Below, piece by piece: positions 52,024 to 60,694 of a stretch of DNA of 64,000 nucleotides. The position numbers and the translations under genes are program-made. Origin of the DNA: a virus. The first letter of the stretch is position 1, and every line of letters starts with the position of its first letter. The notes beneath the pieces were generated by a model. It made no database searches, was not told the DNA's origin, and saw only the letters and a program-made list of their open reading frames with translations. Where the stretch lies: IMG/VR virus record IMGVR_UViG_3300035126_000631, positions 10,044 through 74,043 of that record; one strand, given 5' to 3'.

Positions 52024-52320
52024 TTACTTCTTCCTGAGTTTCCCCAGGACTTTGGCGAGAGCGCGTTGAGTGTCATCATCGACGACATCTTGCATTCTTT
52101 CGTTTTTATCATCTGGTAGGTTGTTGGCAAGCGTTTGCGCGATTTTACGCAAGTCGCCGTCCGTATCGTGCTTTGCCAGGTATTCAGCGGTCGCTTCGCG
52201 GACGAGGGCGGACAGGTTAGTGTCTTTTGCCGCGGCCATAATATCGAGCGCCTTGTAGGTGGCGTTCTCTTCGATGTATGACACTCTCCGCATTCCTGGT
52301 TTTGGTTTTCCTTGGCTCAT
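52024..52320 (-). CDS. ribbon-helix-helix regulator (candidate repressor)
   Basis: RRVSYIEENATYKALDIMAAAKDTNLSALVREAT. Confidence 0.7.
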   Translation of the reverse strand: MSQGKPKPGMRRVSYIEENATYKALDIMAAAKDTNLSALVREATAEYLAKHDTDGDLRKIAQTLANNLPDDKNERMQDVVDDDTQRALAKVLGKLRKK

Positions 52321-52362
52321 TGTGTTGGTTTCCTTTCTGTGTTCTCTAACGAAAGCGATAGT

Positions 52363-53577
52363 CTACCAAGATATTAAATGCGTCAATCCTTGTTTCTCCG
52401 CATATGCACGCACTGATATCGGTGAGATATTAAACCACTCTTCGGCGGCACGTTTACTCACCAAGGCTACGTAGTGTTTTGATAACATCTTGATCGAGGT
52501 TCCTCCGTGGTAGGCGGTGTTGTGTGGATTTTGGAAAGCTGCAAGGTGGTAGCTCAAGAACGAGTGTCGGAGGATATTGTCCTCCCATCCGGCTAGACCG
52601 ACTTGCTTGAGCTTGGCTACGTCACGGGAGATATTTCCGACTTTGCGCTCGGTCATTATTGGGCCGTAATCCGGAAAGGTCGCTAGGTTGAGCCATTCGA
52701 AGAGACAATCAGGGGTGAAGATGTGCCGCGGCAGAGTCTTTTTGGCGATCACCCGGTCAACGTGCGCGGTCTTCTCCTCAAAGTTGAAGTGCGCTTTGGT
52801 CATCTGAGTGCATTCGTTGCGTCTTGCCCCGCCGAACGCCATTGTCGCGACATAGGCCAATTCCTTGGGTTTCACTACGATGAGGAACCTCATCAACTGC
52901 TCCGGCGTGAATACAGGGTAGTTACCTTCCGGTATCGCCATGAGCGTGACTTGGTCGGCGATCGTCTGGTGGTCGTCTGCGAGGTAGCGCCGTTTTTTGG
53001 CGAAGTTCTCGATCGTCCGGTAAAAGCTCAGAAACTTGTGTTGCGTGTAGGGCGCGAAATGAGATTCCCGCAGCCGACGCTCTAGGCTTTGTGGAGTGAT
53101 CTGCTGCATCGTCTCTTTCGGGAACCACGACTTCAAGGTTCTCACTTGGGAATTGACCGTCTGCTCGTGGTCTTTCGAGAGCTTCTTTATCTTGATGTCG
53201 GCGACCAACTCATCGCAGATCACGCCAAAGTTCTTCCCCTTCGAACTCAAAACGTGGAACTTCCGGAAGAACTCACACGCCTTGTGGAGTTGATGGGGGG
53301 CCACGCTTTTCTCGCACTCCAGTAGGTAGACCAGACGGGCTGCATCGACCTTGGTGTGTTCTCCCTCGGCGCGGGAGAGATGTCGGACCTTCTGCTTCGC
53401 TAGGTCGATCGCCTCGTTCTTGTCGGCGCGTGTGACCCGGAAGCGTTTGTCTCCGACATACCAAGTGAGGCGGTAGGCTGGGTAGCGCCCGGTGGATATT
53501 GCGTTTATCTTAACGACTGAATCTCCCAGCCGAACTTCTGTGCCTTTTTTCGATTCGAGAACCTTCAAATTGTCCAT
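52363..53577 (-). CDS. int: tyrosine recombinase / integrase
   Basis: GARRNE (R), IAKK (K), NILRHSF (xxR) and C-terminal KHY (Y). Start MDNLKV is likely. Confidence 0.85.
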   Translation of the reverse strand: MDNLKVLESKKGTEVRLGDSVVKINAISTGRYPAYRLTWYVGDKRFRVTRADKNEAIDLAKQKVRHLSRAEGEHTKVDAARLVYLLECEKSVAPHQLHKACEFFRKFHVLSSKGKNFGVICDELVADIKIKKLSKDHEQTVNSQVRTLKSWFPKETMQQITPQSLERRLRESHFAPYTQHKFLSFYRTIENFAKKRRYLADDHQTIADQVTLMAIPEGNYPVFTPEQLMRFLIVVKPKELAYVATMAFGGARRNECTQMTKAHFNFEEKTAHVDRVIAKKTLPRHIFTPDCLFEWLNLATFPDYGPIMTERKVGNISRDVAKLKQVGLAGWEDNILRHSFLSYHLAAFQNPHNTAYHGGTSIKMLSKHYVALVSKRAAEEWFNISPISVRAYAEKQGLTHLISW

Positions 53578-53695
53578 GTGGATTATGACCAGAATTGGGT
53601 CGAATCGTTCAAAATTCGACATAACCGCATATAAAAATAAACAAAAGATCCTTCGTAAACCGCTGTCCTACAGAGAAATGGACAATTTGAAAATA

Positions 53696-53717
53696 TGCAG
53701 CGCGCACGGGATTCGAA
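53696..53717 (-). other. attP core matching a tRNA 3' end
   Basis: Minus strand reads TTCGAATCCCGTGCGCGCTGCA (T-loop, T-stem and acceptor 3' strand), about 120 bp upstream of int, flanked by inverted repeats. Confidence 0.75.
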
Positions 53718-53810
53718 GCGGTGTGTCATCTTGCGTAAAACTCTGACGGGCAGAGGAATAAACATTATCAAATTAGGTCTCGACCCAATTCTACCCAGCT
53801 TTTTAATTCG

Positions 53811-55589
53811 ATGTCTTTGATTTTAGTGAAATCCGGCATTCAACCGCCGGCCGGCTCGATCCAACGCTACGGTGCTTGGTGGCCGCAGCACACCGCTGAC
53901 TGGGCGATTGAGTTGTTTTGTTTCCGTGGGATGGACACCGCGGGGATGGATGTTCTTTCGAGGGAACAGCACTTCAAAAACGCAGCCCAAATGTTCTTCC
54001 ACAAGAAATCGGAGAACTTCATCTGGCACCCCTGGGCGGACGATATGCTTTACGAGTGCTGCCATCAGAAGTTTGTCGGTTTCGCTGGTTGCGGTTCGAG
54101 CGGAAAGTCGGAATTCATGGCGGTCTGGGCTCTACTCAACTGGCTTTCGGCCCCGTTCCACACGCTCTCGCTCGTCACGAGCACGAGTATTCGGGATGCG
54201 AAGAAGCGGGTCTGGGGAGCTATTCAGAGGTATTGGCCGTGCATTAAATCCGTAGCCCCCGGCAAGCTGGCCGATACTCCGACTCCGGCCATCTACGCGA
54301 TCCGCAACGGCGAGCGGATGGAACAGGCGGGTGTGTATTTGATTCCGGCCGAAGCCAAGAAGACCTCGGAGGTCACCGGAAAAATGAGAGGCATGAAAGC
54401 CCACCGGGTCATCGTCGCGGCGGACGAGCTTTCGGAACTTGGACATGCTTTCCTCGATACCGCCCTTTCGAACCTCTCCAACAACCCCGAGCTTCATATC
54501 TGCGCGGCGGCGAACCCTGTCAGCTATTACGACCCTTTCGGCCGCTTCGTCGAGCCGACGAACGGTTGGGGGAGCATCACGGTGAACGACGAGCGGTGGG
54601 AGACGAAGATCGGCGGGGTCTGTCTGCACCTCGACGCGCTCAAGAATCCGAACTACTTGGCCGGTGAGAACAAATGGCCGATCCAAAAATGGGAGAAGAT
54701 CGACGAGGCTCGTGAACGGCTCGGTGAGGACAACCCGATCTTCTGGCGCGATTACCGCGGGTTCTGGCCTCCGCAGGCGGTCAGTAAGGCGATCTACTCC
54801 GAGGCCGAGATCGTCCGGTTTCAGGCCGATCAAAAGCCCGTTTGGAAGGGCCGAGTCGAGCGAGTAGCCGGACTCGACCCTTCCTTTGTGAGCGGCGGAG
54901 ATAGATGTGTGCTTTATCTCGGGAGCTTCGGCCAGAACAAAGATGGGGCCGATCAGGTTTCTTTCGATGAGTTCCACTTCCTCGACGAGGAGGCGAGCAA
55001 TCCCGAACCGCGCACTTTTCAGATCGCGAAGAAAATTAAAGACATCGTGACTGAGGCGGGCGTTCCTTGGAGGAATATCGGGGTAGATGTGACGGGCGGC
55101 GGGGTGCCGTTTTGCGATGCGCTGGCGACGGTGTGTGGCTCGAATGAATTTCAGCGCGTTCACTTCGGCGGAGCCCCGTCGAGCCGATCACTCTCGGCTT
55201 ACGATTCCACCCCTGCCGACGAAAAGTATGTCAACAAAGTCACCGAGCTTTGGTTCGGGGCGAAAGAGTTCCTGTCGAGCGGGCAGCTTCGCGGGATCGG
55301 TCCGGATCTGGCCCGAGAGATGACCAGCCGGAACTACGATACCAGAAAGTCTGGTTCGATGAAGGTCGTGGTTGAGAGCAAGACTGACATGAAGGCCAGG
55401 ATCGGTCGCTCGCCGGATGTGGCCGATGCCGCCTTTGTCATGCTCGATGTTGTCCGCGAAAGGTTTGGGATGCGTCCGCCGCAGGAGGGTGGCAGTGGGA
55501 AAAGGGGAGGGCAGACGAAATGGAAGCACACAATGACGACCGGCAAGTTTGCTCCGAGGCGCACGGCCAATTTGCTCAGTTCTTTCTGA
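53811..55589 (+). CDS. terL: terminase large subunit
   Basis: Walker A GCGSSGKS, Walker B VIVAADE, AANP, nuclease GLDPS..GD and SPDVADA. Confidence 0.92.
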   Translation: MSLILVKSGIQPPAGSIQRYGAWWPQHTADWAIELFCFRGMDTAGMDVLSREQHFKNAAQMFFHKKSENFIWHPWADDMLYECCHQKFVGFAGCGSSGKSEFMAVWALLNWLSAPFHTLSLVTSTSIRDAKKRVWGAIQRYWPCIKSVAPGKLADTPTPAIYAIRNGERMEQAGVYLIPAEAKKTSEVTGKMRGMKAHRVIVAADELSELGHAFLDTALSNLSNNPELHICAAANPVSYYDPFGRFVEPTNGWGSITVNDERWETKIGGVCLHLDALKNPNYLAGENKWPIQKWEKIDEARERLGEDNPIFWRDYRGFWPPQAVSKAIYSEAEIVRFQADQKPVWKGRVERVAGLDPSFVSGGDRCVLYLGSFGQNKDGADQVSFDEFHFLDEEASNPEPRTFQIAKKIKDIVTEAGVPWRNIGVDVTGGGVPFCDALATVCGSNEFQRVHFGGAPSSRSLSAYDSTPADEKYVNKVTELWFGAKEFLSSGQLRGIGPDLAREMTSRNYDTRKSGSMKVVVESKTDMKARIGRSPDVADAAFVMLDVVRERFGMRPPQEGGSGKRGGQTKWKHTMTTGKFAPRRTANLLSSF

Positions 55590-55593
55590 GCGG

Positions 55594-55607
55594 TATAATA
55601 ACTCCAC
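55594..55607 (+). promoter_or_regulatory. TATAATAACTCCAC motif directly before an ATG (representative of about 17 copies)
   Basis: TATAAT + AACTCCAC + ATG; the same motif-ATG geometry occurs at 51603-51614 on the minus strand. Confidence 0.6.
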
Positions 55608-55799
55608 ATGTCGTATCGGGTCACAGTCGAGGAATTACGCAAAGGCGCACCGCCGCTGCGGATGATTTCGTTGACGGGTGTTGATTGGCTTCAGGCGATC
55701 GACGCGGTGACGGAGGTGCTTTCCCGTGAGGACGGCTACTTCAACCAAGACGAGCAGGAAAACACGGCCACTGAGCCGGATGATGAATTACTTCCATAG
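55608..55799 (+). CDS. small hypothetical protein
   Basis: 63 aa following the motif. Confidence 0.55.
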   Translation: MSYRVTVEELRKGAPPLRMISLTGVDWLQAIDAVTEVLSREDGYFNQDEQENTATEPDDELLP

Positions 55800-56757
55800 C
55801 GGGGATCTAGGTGATGTCATCTACGCTCTGCCCGCGATCCGGGCTTTGGGTAAGGGCAACTTGTATCTGAACTCCCGTCCGTGGACCGCGAAGATGACGC
55901 CCGAGCGGGCCAACGTGCTTCGTCCACTCCTTGAATCCCAAGACTACATCGGTAAGGTGATTCACGGGGATGCGCCGAAGAACGAGCACTGCGTCAATTT
56001 CTCCACGTTCCGTAATGGCGGGCTGATCTACGGCGTCAGCCTCATGGAGCTTCAGAGCGATTGGGTTAATGCCAATGCGGAGTCGGAACCTTGGTTGAAG
56101 GTCGCGCCGTCGGCCAAATCCCGAGGCCGCATCGTTTGTCATCGCAGCCCGCGATACCACAATCCTTACTTCCGCTGGGATGAGATCGGCGAGAAGTTCG
56201 GCACACAACTTCTCTTTGTCGGTCTACCGCACGAAGTCGAGGAACTGCGACGGGTCAGCAAGGTTCATGCGGAGTATGCGATCACCAATGACTACCTCGA
56301 ACTCGCCCGGCTGATCGCGGGCGCGGATCTTTTCATCGGCAACCAGTCTTCGCCGATGAGCTTGGCGATCGGTCTCGGAGTTCCGTTTATCCAAGAGACA
56401 TGCCTCTGGACGCCCGACTGCCTCTACCCGCGCAAGAATGGTTTCTACTCCTACGATGGAGGAATCCCGAGCCTGGATATCCCTGAGTTTATCCCACCAC
56501 CGGATGTCGACCGCAACGTCCTACCTCCGGGCGGCTGGCAAGTGATTTCACGGAGAACGGGCGAGCGGGTCACCTTCAAGTCACATCGTCTGGCGACTAA
56601 GCACCTTAAAGGTTACGACCGCTACCTCAACGACGAATCCGCCGCCCAAGAGGTCGACCGGCAGAATGCGGTCCGCATCCCGCACCTCGTCCGGCGCGAC
56701 AGCGCATTCCAAATCTTCGGTAAAGTTAAGCCGCTGGTCGACGCGGTCTCTAAATGA
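55780..56757 (+). CDS. GT9 / heptosyltransferase-like glycosyltransferase with C-terminal PPGGW module
   Basis: GDLGDVIYALPAI and LELARLIAGADLFIGNQSSPMSLAIGLGVP. Confidence 0.8.
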   Translation: MMNYFHSGDLGDVIYALPAIRALGKGNLYLNSRPWTAKMTPERANVLRPLLESQDYIGKVIHGDAPKNEHCVNFSTFRNGGLIYGVSLMELQSDWVNANAESEPWLKVAPSAKSRGRIVCHRSPRYHNPYFRWDEIGEKFGTQLLFVGLPHEVEELRRVSKVHAEYAITNDYLELARLIAGADLFIGNQSSPMSLAIGLGVPFIQETCLWTPDCLYPRKNGFYSYDGGIPSLDIPEFIPPPDVDRNVLPPGGWQVISRRTGERVTFKSHRLATKHLKGYDRYLNDESAAQEVDRQNAVRIPHLVRRDSAFQIFGKVKPLVDAVSK

Positions 56758-57182
56758 ACGACGCCTGTAAAACCGGAGACATCTCCGAGTCGATCTTCGC
56801 CACCCAAGCTCTGCGACGGGGCTGGTGGGTTTACACGTCCAATGGTCATGCGCGGCCGGCGGATGCGATCGTGGTCCGACCGCCAATGCGTCCGGTCTCT
56901 ATTCAAATCAAGACTGCCTCGATCTATGCCGATCGCGACAATACTTACGGCGTGATGGTCTGCCGCGGGAGAGGTCCGGTCAAAGTGTCCTATCTTAAAG
57001 GCGACTTCGATATCTTGGCCGCTTGGTTACCGGACGTGGAGAAGTTCGTCTTCTGGCGATTTGACGAGATCGCCGAGCGGAAGAAAATTAACTATTCGCC
57101 GCGGCTGCATCGTCAGCCGGACAACTGGGATTTGTTGGAGACCGCATTTGCAGATATAATAACCCCACAACCATGCTGCTAG
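56754..57182 (+). CDS. free-standing PD-(D/E)xK endonuclease
   Basis: GDISE..ADAIV..IQIKT..DFDILA. Confidence 0.75.
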   Translation: MNDACKTGDISESIFATQALRRGWWVYTSNGHARPADAIVVRPPMRPVSIQIKTASIYADRDNTYGVMVCRGRGPVKVSYLKGDFDILAAWLPDVEKFVFWRFDEIAERKKINYSPRLHRQPDNWDLLETAFADIITPQPCC

Positions 57183-57928
57183 TCCTTCCTGTGTCCAAGG
57201 CCGACCTGAAGCTCGCCACCGCTCTGGCTGGCCATCTTGAGCTATTGGGCGGCTTGTCGCGCCACAAGCTCCTCCTCGTCGGCACGATCCAGACCAAGGA
57301 CGAAGCCGCCGCCCTGAAAGAGAGATTGGCCCCGCTCTTCGCCTCGGCCGACCTCTTTGTTCCGGATTCCGAATGCGAACTCGGCTGGCCCCAGAGTGCC
57401 AACCACCTCTGGGCTCGCACGGTTCGCCACCTCCAGCACAGTGGAAACAAGGACACTTGGTATTGGTTCGAGGCCGATAATACGCCGATCCGTGAGGATT
57501 GGCTCGATGCCATTGAGACCGAATACAATCAAGCCCAGAAGCCCTTTCTGGGAGCCGTCCAGCCGACCCGAATGCTCGACCGCAAGTCGGGCGAATTCGT
57601 CAAAGTCGATGGCGAGCATGTTATCGGGACGTGCGTTTATCCGGCTGATTTCCATAACCGCTCACTCCTTTGGAGCTATGTCCGGATCGACGACGGCCCA
57701 AATGTCGAACCCTTCGACGTTTACCTCCGCCACGAGATGCGTCCGAACACGGCAGTTTCCCAACTCATTCACAACAACTGGCGGACGAAGAACTACGAGA
57801 TCGGACCGAAGGGCGAGATCTACTGCGATCCGATCGACGACCTCTCGGTCTACGGTCCTGTGCCCGCCGATGCCGCCGTGGTTCACGGATGTAAAGACGG
57901 TTCGCTCATAGAAGCCCTGCAAAAATGA
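57173..57928 (+). CDS. putative GT-A-fold glycosyltransferase
   Basis: GWPQSAN, WYWFEAD (DxD-like), GTCVYP, PFDVY and VVHGCKD; inference. Confidence 0.45.
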   Translation: MLLVLPVSKADLKLATALAGHLELLGGLSRHKLLLVGTIQTKDEAAALKERLAPLFASADLFVPDSECELGWPQSANHLWARTVRHLQHSGNKDTWYWFEADNTPIREDWLDAIETEYNQAQKPFLGAVQPTRMLDRKSGEFVKVDGEHVIGTCVYPADFHNRSLLWSYVRIDDGPNVEPFDVYLRHEMRPNTAVSQLIHNNWRTKNYEIGPKGEIYCDPIDDLSVYGPVPADAAVVHGCKDGSLIEALQK

Positions 57929-60246
57929 CAAATTCCGAACTAGCCCCCCTCGAAATCCTCGGCCTCGACGAAAATGGAAAGGCTCCGAAGATGCGCGTCG
58001 ACAACGTCAATTCGGCTCGATCGATCTACAAAGCGATCAAGGACTCCGATCAGGGATCATCCAAGAACCGCGCCTTGGTCGATGCCATGTTCAATGGCGC
58101 GGCTCCCTTCAATCAGCAGGATCTCATCGAGATGGGGCAAGGCGAGCGGACCAATCTCGATTTCGGTGAAGCCGCCTCCCTCAAGGAGCAAGCCTTGGCT
58201 GGATACTACGACCTGACCTCCTCAGTCGATGTTATGGCGCGGATCACCATCGACTACGGCTCGCCCGAGCAGCGCGTCGAGTGGGAGCGCGTCTTGGCCG
58301 AAGAATTTCATCGGACGCTCAAAGAGTGGCAGGAGTTTGAATTTAACCATCAAATGCTGGCCGACCAGTTCGTCTCGCATGGTGTCGGGGTTTGTTATTT
58401 TGAGGACGAGGTCGATTGGCGTTGGCGCGTGGCTGGCTTGTCCGAGTTCCGCATTCCGCGTGGAACACGCGCTTCCGAGTGGGAGATCGAGGTCGCCACA
58501 GTCGACCGCGAATACCAAGCGCATCAGCTTTACAAGTTCATTGAAGACCCCGCCGTGGCTAAAGACCTTGGCTGGAACGTGAAGATGGTCAAAGAGGCAC
58601 TAATCCGTGCCTGCCGCGACAGTTCGTTCCAAGAGGCCGGTGAGTGGGAGAAGCTCGAAGTCGAACTCAAGAATAACGACCTCCTCTACGGCAACAGCCG
58701 CGGGAAGAAAGTCCACGTCGTCCACATGTGGGTGCGCGAGTTCGACAAGAAAGTCAGCCACCTCATCTTCCTTAAAGATCCGATCGGATCCGACGAGAAC
58801 GCCAAAGAAGAGGACTTCCTCTTCAAGAAGCCGAATCGCTTCGACGCCCCGACGAATTGCTTTGTTACCTTTTGTTACGGTGTCGGCAACGGCACCTACC
58901 ACGGCATCCGTGGACTTGGATACAAGGTGTATCCACACATCCAGCTTTTGAATCGCCTCCGCTGCGGCATGGTCGACGGGGCTTTGCTTTCGAGCGCGTT
59001 GATCGTCCAGCCCGGCGACAACGGCTCCCGTGCCCTCGAAGATCTGACCCTTTCTTACTACGGCCCCTACGCGCTGTTCCCCCCAGGGCTGAAGATCGTC
59101 GACAAGGCGATCCCGAACTACCAGCAGAACCTCATCCCAGTCCTCAATGATCTGACGATGAATATGCAGAACCGCACCGTCGGCTATCAGTCACGGGCGG
59201 TCACGCCGGATGGTCAGTCGAGGACGGCTTACGAGGTTCGCGCCCAGTTGCAGCAGGAAGCGGTGCTCGGTGCAGCGGCGATCAATTTATTTTACCATCC
59301 TTGGAAACGTCTTCTTCGTGAAGCATACAGGCGTTTAGTGTCACGGGATTATGCCGCGAACGAACCCGGCGGTCGCGAGGCGATCGAGTTCAAGCGCCGT
59401 TGTATGGCGCGTGGGGTTCCAGAGGAAGCGATCCACCGCTTCAATACGGTCGAGCCCGTCCGTGCCATCGGCTACGGAAGCCCTGGGATGCGGAGTGCGG
59501 CGATCGACGAGACGATGCAGATCTTCGGGTCGCTCGACGAGGCGGGGCGGATCAATCTTCTCCGCGACCGCATCGCCGCCCGCTTCGGGCAGGAAGTAGT
59601 CGACCGCTATCTGCCGTCGCCGTCCACGACTTTGCGGACTCCGATCGACGACAAGATTGCGCTCCTCGAAAACGCCACGATGACGGCTGGCACCGGGTTG
59701 CCGGTGTCCTCGGGCGAAAACCATTTCATCCACGCTTCACGTCACCTCACCGCCCTCGACGGACTCGACCAAGCTATCTCGCAAGGTCAGGCCGACCCTG
59801 CCGCCGCGCTTGCCGCTTACCAGACGATGTTGCCGCACTTGGGCGAACACTTGCAGTTGCTCGCCCCCGACGTGGCCCGTCAGGACCAGATCGGTCTCAT
59901 GCGCCAGCGGTTCCAGCAACTCAATGCCTCGGCACAGCGTTTGGGTGATGAGCTTCAGGCCGCAGCCGAGCAGCAAGCGAAAGCACAAGAGGCCGAGCAA
60001 GCCCGTGCGATCGAAGCCGAGAGAGCGCGGATTGCCCAGATGGAGCAGCAGTTGGCCGAAGCGCAGATGCTTTCTCCGAAGGCGCAAGCCGACCTCGCCG
60101 AGCGTCGGGCCAAACTTCAGATGCAGATCGAGAAGCACCAGATCGACATGCAGACCAAACAGGCCAAGACGATGCAGGAGCTTGCCCTCAAGGATGCCAA
60201 AACCGCCGCCGAGATTGCCCCGGCTGCACAACCGATGATGCCATGA
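57925..60246 (+). CDS. portal protein
   Basis: 773 aa downstream of TerL with a long Gln/Ala coiled-coil C-terminus (P22-like barrel); positional and architectural inference. Confidence 0.7.
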   Translation: MTNSELAPLEILGLDENGKAPKMRVDNVNSARSIYKAIKDSDQGSSKNRALVDAMFNGAAPFNQQDLIEMGQGERTNLDFGEAASLKEQALAGYYDLTSSVDVMARITIDYGSPEQRVEWERVLAEEFHRTLKEWQEFEFNHQMLADQFVSHGVGVCYFEDEVDWRWRVAGLSEFRIPRGTRASEWEIEVATVDREYQAHQLYKFIEDPAVAKDLGWNVKMVKEALIRACRDSSFQEAGEWEKLEVELKNNDLLYGNSRGKKVHVVHMWVREFDKKVSHLIFLKDPIGSDENAKEEDFLFKKPNRFDAPTNCFVTFCYGVGNGTYHGIRGLGYKVYPHIQLLNRLRCGMVDGALLSSALIVQPGDNGSRALEDLTLSYYGPYALFPPGLKIVDKAIPNYQQNLIPVLNDLTMNMQNRTVGYQSRAVTPDGQSRTAYEVRAQLQQEAVLGAAAINLFYHPWKRLLREAYRRLVSRDYAANEPGGREAIEFKRRCMARGVPEEAIHRFNTVEPVRAIGYGSPGMRSAAIDETMQIFGSLDEAGRINLLRDRIAARFGQEVVDRYLPSPSTTLRTPIDDKIALLENATMTAGTGLPVSSGENHFIHASRHLTALDGLDQAISQGQADPAAALAAYQTMLPHLGEHLQLLAPDVARQDQIGLMRQRFQQLNASAQRLGDELQAAAEQQAKAQEAEQARAIEAERARIAQMEQQLAEAQMLSPKAQADLAERRAKLQMQIEKHQIDMQTKQAKTMQELALKDAKTAAEIAPAAQPMMP

Positions 60247-60455
60247 GGGACTATAAAAAAGAATACGAGAGCTACCATGCTTCGCCGATCCAGAAGAAGC
60301 GCCGCGCTCAACGCAATGCGGCCCGCCGCAAGATGACTAAAGCGGGCTACGTGAGCAAAGGCGACGGCAAGGACGTGCATCATAAAAACGGCATGAGCAA
60401 CCACTCCAGCAATCTGGCCGTGTTGCCGAGGTCCGTGAACCGGAGTATTAAGTAA
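60243..60455 (+). CDS. small HNH-like protein
   Basis: KGDGKDVHHKNG..N..SNL..L.RSVNRS. Confidence 0.75.
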   Translation: MRDYKKEYESYHASPIQKKRRAQRNAARRKMTKAGYVSKGDGKDVHHKNGMSNHSSNLAVLPRSVNRSIK

Positions 60456-60459
60456 TAAC

Positions 60460-60693
60460 ATGCCCGCTTATTATCCAGAAGGAAACACACCCCTGCGCGA
60501 GGACTATACCGAGCGGTCGTTGCAGAAGATCAACGACATCATGCACTCGAATACTCCGACCTGGGACGACATCGCGCTGACCTATGCCGGAAGCAACCTG
60601 ACGAAGGTCGAGTATAAGCTCAACGGCTCGGTCGTCGAGACCCGCAACTTTTCCTACAGCGGCACCAATCTCACCCGCGTTCTAAAGAGTTAA
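60460..60693 (+). CDS. small structural protein
   Basis: Internal repeat YAGSNLTKV / YSGTNLTRV. Confidence 0.6.
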   Translation: MPAYYPEGNTPLREDYTERSLQKINDIMHSNTPTWDDIALTYAGSNLTKVEYKLNGSVVETRNFSYSGTNLTRVLKS

Positions 60694-60694
60694 G

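Noticed and set aside
53696-53717. Complete tRNA gene
   Set aside because: Only the T-loop to acceptor 3' strand is present and the 5' portion is absent, so it is treated as attP.
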